This document shows, piece by piece, positions 33,479-40,876 of a stretch of DNA of 44,960 nt (positions are counted from its first letter, which is position 1; each line of letters begins with the position of its first letter). The notes beneath the pieces were generated by a model, which worked only from the letters and a program-made list of their open reading frames with translations, searched no databases and had not been told where the DNA came from. The DNA is from Nitrospirota bacterium. GTDB taxonomy: Bacteria > Nitrospirota > JACRHJ01. Where the stretch lies: the NCBI GenBank assembly GCA_027328825.1, contig DAHWTK010000002.1, forward strand, positions 1-44,960, written 5' to 3'. Made by a program: the position numbers and the translations under genes.

Positions 33479-33621
33479 TTTGTTCTACCTCCTTTTAAAA
33501 TTTTCCCGCCTTGGTCATTCATGGCTCGCCTCCTTTTCCGCTTTTGCCGATTGCCGTAATACTTCTCGTGCAGGGGAAAATAAGCTTCCACCTACCAGGT
33601 TGCGGCGTCATTCAAACTTTC

Positions 33622-33873
33622 TTAACCACGGCCAATTTCCCTTTCGCCAATACGTTTATTTATCTGCGAAATTGTCTCTATCTGAATTTTTTTGTTTTGA
33701 AAAGTAAACATCCGGTGGTCGTAGGCGACACCAAGCCACTGGTCGCCGTAAAGCGCCTGAAGACCAAAAAGAGTTACCCCGGTGCGAACATCCCACCAGT
33801 TCATAGCGCGGACGCCGTAGATGTTTTTCGAACGGAAAAGGATTTCAATTATTTTTGACGCCGGAACTACCAC
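33622..33873 (-). CDS. Hypothetical protein
   Basis: GTG start with AAGGAGGGG RBS, 83 aa. Confidence 0.45.
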   Translation of the reverse strand: MVVPASKIIEILFRSKNIYGVRAMNWWDVRTGVTLFGLQALYGDQWLGVAYDHRMFTFQNKKIQIETISQINKRIGEREIGRG

Positions 33874-33885
33874 GTTTCCCCTCCT

Positions 33886-34056
33886 TTAAACTATTTCCAC
33901 GAGAAACCAGTTTTTGTCCTGGATGAGAATATAGAACGTCCTCCTAAACATCGCCTCGAACAGTAACCTCAGCGCCTCGATATCGTCGGTCTTGACCCAC
34001 ATGATGTTGCTTCGCTTTTTAATTTCGAATCTAAAATTAATATGATCTTTCGCCAT
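33886..34056 (-). CDS. Hypothetical small protein
   Basis: Trimmed to ATG 34056. No clear RBS. Confidence 0.3.
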   Translation of the reverse strand: MAKDHINFRFEIKKRSNIMWVKTDDIEALRLLFEAMFRRTFYILIQDKNWFLVEIV

Positions 34057-34058
34057 CG

Positions 34059-34661
34059 CTACACAAGCGGCGGTTGCGCGGCCATGGCCGCGAACTCGCC
34101 GACGGCCCATTTGATCGAATCACTCCATGCGCTCTGGAGGCTCTCGAATTCCGCGCGTGCTCCGTCGTCTCCTTTTGTGTAAAGCTCTTCCAACCTGCTT
34201 TCGAGCTTCACAAACTTCGCGTAGACCCTGTGCGCCTTGAACCATGTCCAGAACTCGGGATACGGCAGGTGCGCGCCGTAGCCGGCGGAAGATTTTACCC
34301 ACGCCTCCAGCTTTGTAGCCGTCAGATCGAATATCTCGCCAAGATAGGAATATCCGGACGTGCGTCCCACGAAAGACGGAAGCAATTCGCGGCCGGACCT
34401 CAAAGCGCGGAACTCATGGGCGAGCGTCCTGTAAAAAGCGAAATGCTCCGAGAGCGCCTTCTTGAAGGCCCGCACTTTTTCCGTGCTTGTGTCGCCAGCC
34501 TCCCATATCGACTTGAAGGCTTCCTCGCTGGCCCAGTATTTCTCGGCGTGTTCGCCGTCGCGGAGCCAGTCTCCAAACCCGTCCGGGATCCGCTCGTCGA
34601 GGACCCAGACCTGCAACCTGTCGAGCTCGGCGTCGAAGATGCTCTCGAAGACATCAGCCAT
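34059..34661 (-). CDS. Hypothetical early protein
   Basis: 200-aa ORF coupled to its upstream neighbour. Confidence 0.5.
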   Translation of the reverse strand: MADVFESIFDAELDRLQVWVLDERIPDGFGDWLRDGEHAEKYWASEEAFKSIWEAGDTSTEKVRAFKKALSEHFAFYRTLAHEFRALRSGRELLPSFVGRTSGYSYLGEIFDLTATKLEAWVKSSAGYGAHLPYPEFWTWFKAHRVYAKFVKLESRLEELYTKGDDGARAEFESLQSAWSDSIKWAVGEFAAMAAQPPLV

Positions 34662-35283
34662 GTATTTTCACCGTCTTGATGTATGCTTTGACATCGCCCT
34701 CCCGCTGGTCGGCAATCATGTTGTAATCTCCCATCTGGCAGAGGTAGCCTTCCAAGGTTACCGTCGCGCCCTGGGGCGGCTCGGCGTCCTTTATCTTTTT
34801 TGCGTCCTTCGGATGCAGGAAAAGTATGAAATCCTCCTCGTTTACCTCGTCGCCTTCCTTGCCGCGCGGGCGTTCGAGATGCAGATAAAACTCCTTCTCC
34901 TTCCCGTCCGCCGAGTCGAGTATGCGCGTAAGCTCGCCGGTCAGGACGAACCCGCAGCGCGGAACCTGGCCCTCGCGCTCTTCCCAGTCGAAGAAGCGAA
35001 GCTGGTTGTAAAGTGTTCCCTTCTCGCTTCGGTACTGGCTGAAATAGCCGTTCAGCTTGATGAGCGCGTCCGGGTGCTTCTTGTGAAAATCCAGGAACGC
35101 CTTGGCGCGCTCGTTGAATACGCGGGCGAATACCGTCACGTTGCCGTAGACCTCGGAACGACAGCGCATCTGCACCTCGACGGTGAACGCGCCGGTATCT
35201 TCCTTCCCTTCCTTTTTCTTCGACGGCTCGGCCTTCGTCACGACTCCGAAGGCGTTACCCATGTTAAAATGTTTTACCGGCAT
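34654..35283 (-). CDS. Hypothetical early protein (possibly OB-fold / DNA-binding)
   Basis: 209-aa ORF. The functional guess is weak. Confidence 0.45.
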   Translation of the reverse strand: MPVKHFNMGNAFGVVTKAEPSKKKEGKEDTGAFTVEVQMRCRSEVYGNVTVFARVFNERAKAFLDFHKKHPDALIKLNGYFSQYRSEKGTLYNQLRFFDWEEREGQVPRCGFVLTGELTRILDSADGKEKEFYLHLERPRGKEGDEVNEEDFILFLHPKDAKKIKDAEPPQGATVTLEGYLCQMGDYNMIADQREGDVKAYIKTVKIHG

Positions 35284-35287
35284 TTTT

Positions 35288-35440
35288 TTATCCTTTCAAA
35301 AGAAAGCCGAGCGCGATCCCGGCAACGAAAACCATAACCGCAAGCGAGAAGGCCTTAACGAGGTAGCGGTTCGCGGCCCGGCGCTGCATGGTGCGAAAAT
35401 CGTTGAATCCCATCATGTAATTTACGGTTCCTCTTTTCAT
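35288..35440 (-). CDS. Small membrane protein
   Basis: Trimmed to ATG 35440 (GAGGGGGG RBS). C-terminal TM AFSLAVMVFVAGIALGFLL. Confidence 0.4.
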   Translation of the reverse strand: MKRGTVNYMMGFNDFRTMQRRAANRYLVKAFSLAVMVFVAGIALGFLLKG

Positions 35441-35537
35441 TTTTCCCCCCTCGACCCGACCGTAAGGATCGCACATAAAAAATATCCAAGAATAACGCCG
35501 CAGACCAGACAACCATACATTTTCATGGCATTCTCCT

Positions 35538-35777
35538 TTAATTCCAGAGCCGGGGCGCAAGATGCCCGGGCCTTTTCCTTAATTCCTGAGGCTGGTCGGG
35601 CGCAGGCGTTATATCTTCATGAACGAAGGGCTTATTTATTTCCTCCCGGCAGCGCACACACTTTACCCGGATTCTGAGATTGGGATCAAAAAGGATATAT
35701 TGAACGTGGATGCGCCAGTCGTGGAAGCCGACCGCACAGAGGATTTTTCCGAGGATTTTCGTAAGTCTCTTTTTCAT
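35538..35777 (-). CDS. Small Cys-containing protein (DUF1660-like N-terminus)
   Basis: MKKRLTKILGKILCAVGFHDW..VKCVRCREE.. resembles the ..C..G.H.W...C.RC.. prophage family. Confidence 0.4.
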   Translation of the reverse strand: MKKRLTKILGKILCAVGFHDWRIHVQYILFDPNLRIRVKCVRCREEINKPFVHEDITPAPDQPQELRKRPGHLAPRLWN

Positions 35778-35807
35778 TCGATCTCTTTAAATTTCGTAAC
35801 GCTATAA

Positions 35808-35839
35808 AAAAGCAGATTCTTCGCTTCGCTCAGAATGAC
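35808..35839. repeat. Family-C repeat, intergenic (opposite orientation to the other two)
   Basis: aaagcagattcttcgcttcgctcagaatgac. Confidence 0.85.
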
Positions 35840-35907
35840 GGTTGTTGCGGCCCGGAGGTGCGGCCCTCCGGGACTGTTATCCCGTCCGAAGGGGGTGAAC
35901 GGGAAAC

Positions 35908-36624
35908 CTAAGCCGCCTGTTCCTCCTCGCGCACATCGAAGAGGGCGTATTTCTGCGTCGTCTCGATGTCGGCGTGACCCATGATGAGCTTGAGCTTCGT
36001 ATAGGCTGCCGCCGGCGAGAGGTTGTCGTGCGAGGAGAGCCAGCGCACGGCGAACGTGTGTCTGAGGTCGTGGAACGAGTATTTCGGCAGTAGCCTGCCG
36101 TCCACGACGTCTGTCAACCCCGCCTGCCTGCACCGGCGGGAAATTACGTCCTGAAGGCTGCGATACGAGAGTCGCTCGCCGTCCGGCCCGCAGAAAAAGG
36201 GGATGCGCGCGCCTTCCTTGCCCTCGCCCTCCGGGAGAGGGGGAACCGTCTCCGGACGGTGGGTGAGGGCTTCCCCGGCCATCCGCTTCGTCTTGAGGTG
36301 ATACTGTATCACCTCCCGGAGCTCCGGGCTTATCGGGACCTCGCGCTCGACGCGCTTTTCCCGCACGGTAATCTTGTCCTTTATCTCGCCGGTGGTCGGA
36401 TTGCAAACATCCTCCACGTCCAGGTGGTGGACGCCGGAAACCCTAAGGCCGGAGTACCAGCCGAACTCGATGATGGCCTTGTCGCGCCGGGCGTCCATCC
36501 CCTTCCGGTCGCGGCCGTGGGCCTTGATTTTCTCGGATAACAAAATTGTTATGAGGCGACGGTCTGCCGCCTTAAAATATTTCGGCAGCTGCATTTTCCT
36601 TTTTACCTGCATTTCCTGATTCAT
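35908..36624 (-). CDS. Short tyrosine recombinase (catalytic domain only)
   Basis: Trimmed to ATG 36624 (GGAGGG RBS). ..GWYSGLRVSG.., ..HDLRHTFA.. and ..GHADIETTQKY.. blocks. No N-terminal core-binding domain. Confidence 0.7.
   Translation of the reverse strand: MNQEMQVKRKMQLPKYFKAADRRLITILLSEKIKAHGRDRKGMDARRDKAIIEFGWYSGLRVSGVHHLDVEDVCNPTTGEIKDKITVREKRVEREVPISPELREVIQYHLKTKRMAGEALTHRPETVPPLPEGEGKEGARIPFFCGPDGERLSYRSLQDVISRRCRQAGLTDVVDGRLLPKYSFHDLRHTFAVRWLSSHDNLSPAAAYTKLKLIMGHADIETTQKYALFDVREEEQAA
36221..36268. repeat. Family-B repeat, in frame in the short recombinase (..PPLPEGEGKEG..)
   Basis: ccctcgCCCTCcgggaGAGGGggaaccgtctccggacggtgggtgaggg. Confidence 0.85.
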
Positions 36625-36694
36625 AACTCCCTCCAAGTCACCTCGTAAATATCCGGGGCAGGGCGGCGAGGCATCCGCCTTTTCGGTTGCAAGC

Positions 36695-36946
36695 CTATCC
36701 CCGAAGCCTTTGTTCGGCGCCGCGTATAAAGGAGCGCAAAATAAGCTCCTTCGCTTGCGTGCCGCCCTTTGACAGAATATCAAAAACCTTTGAGACGTCG
36801 CCCCTGGCGTGGGCGTCCAGCGCCTCGTCTATCTCGTCCTTCTCCGAAAGCCCGCTCCTGGCCAGGAGCGCGTCGAGCTTCACGTTTATCTCCCGGAGCA
36901 TGGAGAAGGCGTCTTCAAGCGTAAAAATTTTCTTAGCGGCTTTCAT
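36695..36946 (-). CDS. Hypothetical helical protein
   Basis: 83-aa ORF with TAATG-type coupling. Confidence 0.45.
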   Translation of the reverse strand: MKAAKKIFTLEDAFSMLREINVKLDALLARSGLSEKDEIDEALDAHARGDVSKVFDILSKGGTQAKELILRSFIRGAEQRLRG

Positions 36947-37153
36947 TTATTTCTCCCAACCAGGTATGAGGAATTTTTCCTGTATCCAAATTGATTGAAT
37001 CTTGCCCTTACGGACGGGAACGTATACGCAAGCCTCGCATTGTGATGTTTGCATAATAAAAATGACGGCCTCATAACCCTTGAATTTCCGCGCCACGGGG
37101 TCGGTTGTGTCGCCGATTATTACCTTGCGCCCGACATACAAGGAATCGCTCAT
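36947..37153 (-). CDS. Hypothetical small protein
   Basis: 68-aa ORF with ATGA overlap to the upstream gene. Confidence 0.45.
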   Translation of the reverse strand: MSDSLYVGRKVIIGDTTDPVARKFKGYEAVIFIMQTSQCEACVYVPVRKGKIQSIWIQEKFLIPGWEK

Positions 37154-37632
37154 AGTTTCCCCGGTTTCGATTTCGCCTTAATGCCCTCAAGCTCGCGCTC
37201 GATACCATCCGCCGCCGCCCTGATTGACTCCGCTTCGTACTCGGAAATGACCCCGTCCTCCACGGCCAGCCTCACCGTTGAGATGAGAGCGCCGACACCC
37301 TCCGCCGCGTCGAGGAGCTCCTTGTCGAGGTTGTCGCATGTGTCCGCCCGGTCTACCGGCACCGCCTCAAGGCCGGTCCCGTCCATCAGAAATGACCACA
37401 GGCGCATCTCGCCGCCGCGCGGGATGTTGCGCTCGGCGTCGATCTCTTTCGTGGCGATGAAAAGGGACGGAATCAGGTCCGGCGGGAAATATTGATAGCC
37501 GCCGGTGTAGGAATAGAAGCGGGAAGGCGAGAGGCCCGTCTTCTTGCAGACGGCCTCGACGGTGTATTTTTTCTCTGTGATAAAAACGGTGTAGAGAAGG
37601 GACTGAAAACCTATCTCGTCGATGTTTCCCAA
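37150..37632 (-). CDS. CII (CP76)-like early regulatory protein
   Basis: TTG start with GGAGG RBS. C-terminal ..EDGVISEYEAESIRAAADGIERELEGIK.. resembles the CII/CP76 family. Second gene of the early operon. Confidence 0.35.
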   Translation of the reverse strand: MGNIDEIGFQSLLYTVFITEKKYTVEAVCKKTGLSPSRFYSYTGGYQYFPPDLIPSLFIATKEIDAERNIPRGGEMRLWSFLMDGTGLEAVPVDRADTCDNLDKELLDAAEGVGALISTVRLAVEDGVISEYEAESIRAAADGIERELEGIKAKSKPGKL

Positions 37633-37691
37633 GTCTTACGCCTCCTATAAAACCGGGTATACGTTTCTATTTGCCTCGACTGCGGTCGGTG

Positions 37692-37919
37692 CTATTTTAG
37701 CAGCGACTTGACCGGGACCTTTAATGCGCTGGAGATGATCGCCAGCGCGCGGTTAGCCTGGCCGCCGGTGATAAAACCGGAATTGTTCTTCACATTCACA
37801 AACACCGTGTAAAGGTTCGCATTACCGGACTCATTGGCAATCCGAAGCAGGGAAAGCCTCTTGTCGTAAAGGAGCCGGTTTATCTTTGCGGTGTCAGCTA
37901 TCGGACGTTCTATTTTCAT
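37692..37919 (-). CDS. First early-operon ORF, Cro-like by position
   Basis: 75 aa, divergent from the repressor gene. No RBS is visible. Confidence 0.35.
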   Translation of the reverse strand: MKIERPIADTAKINRLLYDKRLSLLRIANESGNANLYTVFVNVKNNSGFITGGQANRALAIISSALKVPVKSLLK

Positions 37920-38043
37920 TGACTTATCAAGGTTGATGAGTTATAAAATTGTAGTTTTGCCATTTTTAAATTCCGAAGCCCCGGAGGGCCAATGAACGAA
38001 AGAATAACCGACGAAGAAGTTATGTATGCCGTCTTGAGCCGTC

Positions 38044-38160
38044 TTATCCAAGCTCATATGCCGACAGGAGATGCTTTCCGGCAAAAGACTGACGGAGGCG
38101 GTCAATGCTTTGGAAGCCGCCGGTATTCATGATCCGTTTTGTTTCGACTTTTGTGAACAT
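38044..38160 (-). CDS. 38-aa ORF in the immunity switch region
   Basis: ATG 38160 preceded by GGAGG (5-nt spacer). Encodes MFTKVETKRIMNTGGFQSIDRLRQSFAGKHLLSAYELG. Below the ORF-track size cut-off. Confidence 0.3.
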   Translation of the reverse strand: MFTKVETKRIMNTGGFQSIDRLRQSFAGKHLLSAYELG

Positions 38161-38267
38161 CAGCGCCTCCTTCGTAATGGACGGTTTGATTATTAATGTT
38201 GATGAATATATACGCCTATGCGTAAATTGTCAAGAAAAAAAACGCCTACGAGTTTTATTTTTTTTAA

Positions 38268-38657
38268 ATGATTGATAATCCTGAAAAATTTTGGAATAGA
38301 GTTACCGAAAGACTTAAGCTCGAAGGTTTTTCACTTCGAAAGCTTTCCCAAGATATTGAAGTTCCTTACACAACATTAAAAAGTGCGCAGGATAGGAAAC
38401 AAATCCCTGGAACAAGAGAGGTTTTGAAAATAGCTGAATTTTTAGGTCTTACCATGGAATATCTTTTAACCGGCAAGGACCCGTGGACGGGCGCTCCCGC
38501 CGCGGACATAGAACTAATCCGGGAAGTGAAAGACGCCCCGGACGAGACGCGGCGCCGGATAAAGGCGCTCCTGGAGGCCGACCGGAAAATGATTGAAGAG
38601 AAAAAACAAAAGGCGGATAATCTACCGGACAAGGAACGGAAGACGGGAAACGGTTAA
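38268..38657 (+). CDS. XRE-family HTH repressor (CI-like by position)
   Basis: ..LRKLSQDIEVPYTTLKSAQDRKQIP..VLKIAEFLGLTMEYLLTG.. HTH. Divergent from the early operon. No S24 peptidase domain. Confidence 0.7.
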   Translation: MIDNPEKFWNRVTERLKLEGFSLRKLSQDIEVPYTTLKSAQDRKQIPGTREVLKIAEFLGLTMEYLLTGKDPWTGAPAADIELIREVKDAPDETRRRIKALLEADRKMIEEKKQKADNLPDKERKTGNG

Positions 38658-38698
38658 ACTCCCGCCATGGCTGGTTATCGTCAAATAGGAGGCCGGAA

Positions 38699-39304
38699 AT
38701 GCTGAAATTTATTTTTGTATTGATTTTGCTTTTCCCGGTTGTCGCCAATGCGGAAGTTTTTATGTATCAGGATTCATCTGGACAGTGGCACGGTGTAAGC
38801 TCAAAAAACCAGGTGCCAGCGGAATATCAAAACCAGTTGAATAGCGTTATCGATAACGAACCGACGCCAACCCCAAGCCGGATTAAGGCACAAAAAGTTA
38901 AAGAAAAGAGAGAAGCCCGTCAGGAAAAATCACGGGAAGCGGTGCTGCAAAAAATTGAAGCAAAAGAAAAAAAAGACATCGATAACCAGAAGAAAAAAAT
39001 GAGAAATGACGCCATAGAAATTTTTAAACAATTTGCGCAGACCTTAATCGGCACAACGATATATACGTCTGTTTTAAACGGCGCTGGACAGATGCGGTTG
39101 GAACTGGTCGATTATAAAATCATAAGCCAGAAAGTCGATGTTAATTATTCGGATTTTTCAATGGAACGGTGGGCTGGTAACGCTTATTTCAAAGTCAAAT
39201 GGGATTGTTCTGATACTTCCTCGACAGGTTCGTATGTTACAGAATACGTGTCTCATCTCGATGAAGGAGCTTGGACGCCTTTTCAAAACCTGAAAGCCTA
39301 CTAA
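38699..39304 (+). CDS. Exported protein: DUF4124-like N-terminus, Lys/Glu coiled coil, beta C-domain
   Basis: Signal MLKFIFVLILLFPVVANA followed by EVFMYQDSSGQWHGVSS... GGAGG RBS. Confidence 0.6.
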   Translation: MLKFIFVLILLFPVVANAEVFMYQDSSGQWHGVSSKNQVPAEYQNQLNSVIDNEPTPTPSRIKAQKVKEKREARQEKSREAVLQKIEAKEKKDIDNQKKKMRNDAIEIFKQFAQTLIGTTIYTSVLNGAGQMRLELVDYKIISQKVDVNYSDFSMERWAGNAYFKVKWDCSDTSSTGSYVTEYVSHLDEGAWTPFQNLKAY

Positions 39305-39313
39305 GGAGCCTCT

Positions 39314-39679
39314 ATGCGCAAAATTTCTGCCATTATTTTTTTCTTTATCCTTGTTGTCTCGGCAAGTATCGCCCTTGCGTTCATAACTCCTGAAGAAGCG
39401 GCGCGGCATATCGGCGAGCGTCAGACCGTCTGCGGGACGGTCGTCAGCGCGCATTACGCATATAACCTCAATGGTCAGCCGACGTTCCTGAACCTCGACC
39501 AGCCCTATCCGAATCAGATTTTCACGATCGTAATCTGGGGCGATAACAGGGACAAATTCAAAACACCGCCGGAAACGCTCGAAGGACAAAAAATCTGTGT
39601 GACGGGAAAAATAAAAAACTATCGCGGCGGTCCGCAGATCATCGTCAGCAAGCCTTCCCAAATACGCATTAGTCAATGA
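39314..39679 (+). CDS. Exported OB-fold-like small protein
   Basis: Signal MRKISAIIFFFILVVSASIALA. ..HIGERQTVCGTVVSAHY..PTFLNLDQPYPNQIFTIVIW..ICVTGKIKNYRGGPQI.. pattern. AAGGAG RBS. Confidence 0.6.
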   Translation: MRKISAIIFFFILVVSASIALAFITPEEAARHIGERQTVCGTVVSAHYAYNLNGQPTFLNLDQPYPNQIFTIVIWGDNRDKFKTPPETLEGQKICVTGKIKNYRGGPQIIVSKPSQIRISQ

Positions 39680-40761
39680 GCGTCCGCGAGAAAAACGGCC
39701 GTCTCGTCATCGACTGCTACCCGCACGGGAAGCACGGACGGCGTCTCCAGCGCGTCCTACCGGAGGGAACCTCGAAGGCCGACGCGCGGGCTATTCACGA
39801 CTCGCTGATGGGAATGAAAGGCGCGCTCCCGGAACTACCGAAGGATGGGACGCTCCGGGAGCTTTATCCGCGCTTCGAACGCCACGTAAAAATGTTTTTC
39901 AAAGGGTCCGAGAAGGATTATGCGAGCGTATTCAAAAACCGGCTCCTGCCGTATTTCGGAAAGTTGAGGCTGTCGGAAATCACCTCGGATTACATCGCGG
40001 CGTATCAGTCGAAAAGAAGCGCGGAGAAAAAGAAAAACGGCGAATTATACAGCACGAAGACAATCAACAACGAAATCATGATCCTTCGCTCCCTCATGAA
40101 ATGGGGCGCCGAGGAGCGGCTGTGCGAGCCGCTTCCGCGAGTCCGAATGCTGAAGTATACGAGGCCGCTTCCGAAGGTCCTGGGGCCGAAAGACATGTCA
40201 AGAATAATCTCCTGTGCGGACGACCTGCACAGGCCGCTTTTCACGCTCCTGTATGTCCTGGGACTACGTTTCGGGGAGGCGACGGCGCTCGCCTGGGAAG
40301 ATGTGAACTGGTCTGCCCGTGCAATCATTATCCGAAAGGCGAAGGGAAACAAGACGCGCGCGCTGCCTCTGGACAATGACCTGACCGCGACGCTGAAAGC
40401 GCTGTGGGAGAATGCACGGCGACCAGCGCGCGGGTATGTCTTTGTAAGCCCCAGGACGGGGAAGCGGATAAAAGACATCAGGAAGGCAATACGGCGGGCC
40501 TGCAAAGCGGCGGGGATAGACCAGCACGTCAACCCGCACCTTTTCCGGCACAGCGGGGCAACGCAGACGCTCGCGGAGTCCGGCGACCTCCGCGCCGTCC
40601 AGAATCTACTCGGGCATGCCTCCATCGGCACGACCGAGATTTACACGCACCTGAACCTCGAGCATCTCAGAGGAAAGATAGTGAGAATCACTACTACCGG
40701 GGAACCCATGAAAAATGAAAATAATTCGGAAGTTGGAACAGAAACGGGAGGGAACTCATAA
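39676..40761 (+). CDS. int: Phage integrase (tyrosine recombinase)
   Basis: ..GLRFGEA.., ..HLFRHSGAT.. and ..LLGHASIGTTEIYTHL.. blocks. ATGA overlap with the upstream gene. Its stop codon lies inside the tRNA-derived att core. Confidence 0.85.
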   Translation: MSVREKNGRLVIDCYPHGKHGRRLQRVLPEGTSKADARAIHDSLMGMKGALPELPKDGTLRELYPRFERHVKMFFKGSEKDYASVFKNRLLPYFGKLRLSEITSDYIAAYQSKRSAEKKKNGELYSTKTINNEIMILRSLMKWGAEERLCEPLPRVRMLKYTRPLPKVLGPKDMSRIISCADDLHRPLFTLLYVLGLRFGEATALAWEDVNWSARAIIIRKAKGNKTRALPLDNDLTATLKALWENARRPARGYVFVSPRTGKRIKDIRKAIRRACKAAGIDQHVNPHLFRHSGATQTLAESGDLRAVQNLLGHASIGTTEIYTHLNLEHLRGKIVRITTTGEPMKNENNSEVGTETGGNS

Positions 40762-40799
40762 CCCGAAGGCCGCAGGTTCAAATCCTGCCCCCGCTACCA
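40755..40799 (+). other. att core: 3' 45 nt of an initiator-type tRNA-Met (CAU), with no 5' half
   Basis: CTCATAA-CCCGA-AGGCC-GCAGG-TTCAAAT-CCTGC-CCCCGCT-A-CCA gives, in order, the anticodon loop, 3' anticodon stem (CCC, an initiator hallmark), variable region, T arm, acceptor 3' strand and CCA. The upstream sequence cannot form the 5' half. Confidence 0.65.
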
Positions 40800-40807
40800 A
40801 ACAAATC

Positions 40808-40845
40808 AAGGGGTTAGCCTTAAAAAGCTAACCCCTTATTTTTTC
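40808..40845 (+). terminator. Rho-independent terminator
   Basis: AAGGGGTTAGC-cttaaaaa-GCTAACCCCTT followed by ATTTTTTC. Confidence 0.7.
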
Positions 40846-40876
40846 TCGACTTCACTACTTTTCACTACCATCCGCC

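Noticed and set aside
3694-36268. Whether the repeated hairpin elements could be a CRISPR array.
   Set aside because: The copies are dispersed singly over 30 kb, often inside genes, with no regular repeat-spacer periodicity and no cas genes.
35774-36406. A 210-aa minus-strand ORF overlapping the short recombinase, plus similar Arg/Gly-rich alternative-frame ORFs (4869..5321, 7263..7604, 11048..11401, 19096..19443).
   Set aside because: Their low-complexity composition marks them as out-of-frame artefacts. Each overlaps a CDS with clear catalytic or structural motifs.
9607-36783. The longer N-terminal extensions given by the ORF track for 9607..10206, 12278..12934, 10253..10780, 16285..18609, 26130..26681, 27090..28130, 35288..35560 and 35908..36783.
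   Set aside because: Internal ATGs have GGAGG-type RBSs at correct spacing and remove overlaps with upstream genes. The extensions are basic low-complexity sequence.
40700-40799. A complete tRNA-Met gene at the int 3' end.
   Set aside because: Only the 3' 45 nt are tRNA-like. The upstream bases (..gaaacgggagggaa) cannot form the D arm, the 5' anticodon stem or the acceptor 5' strand.
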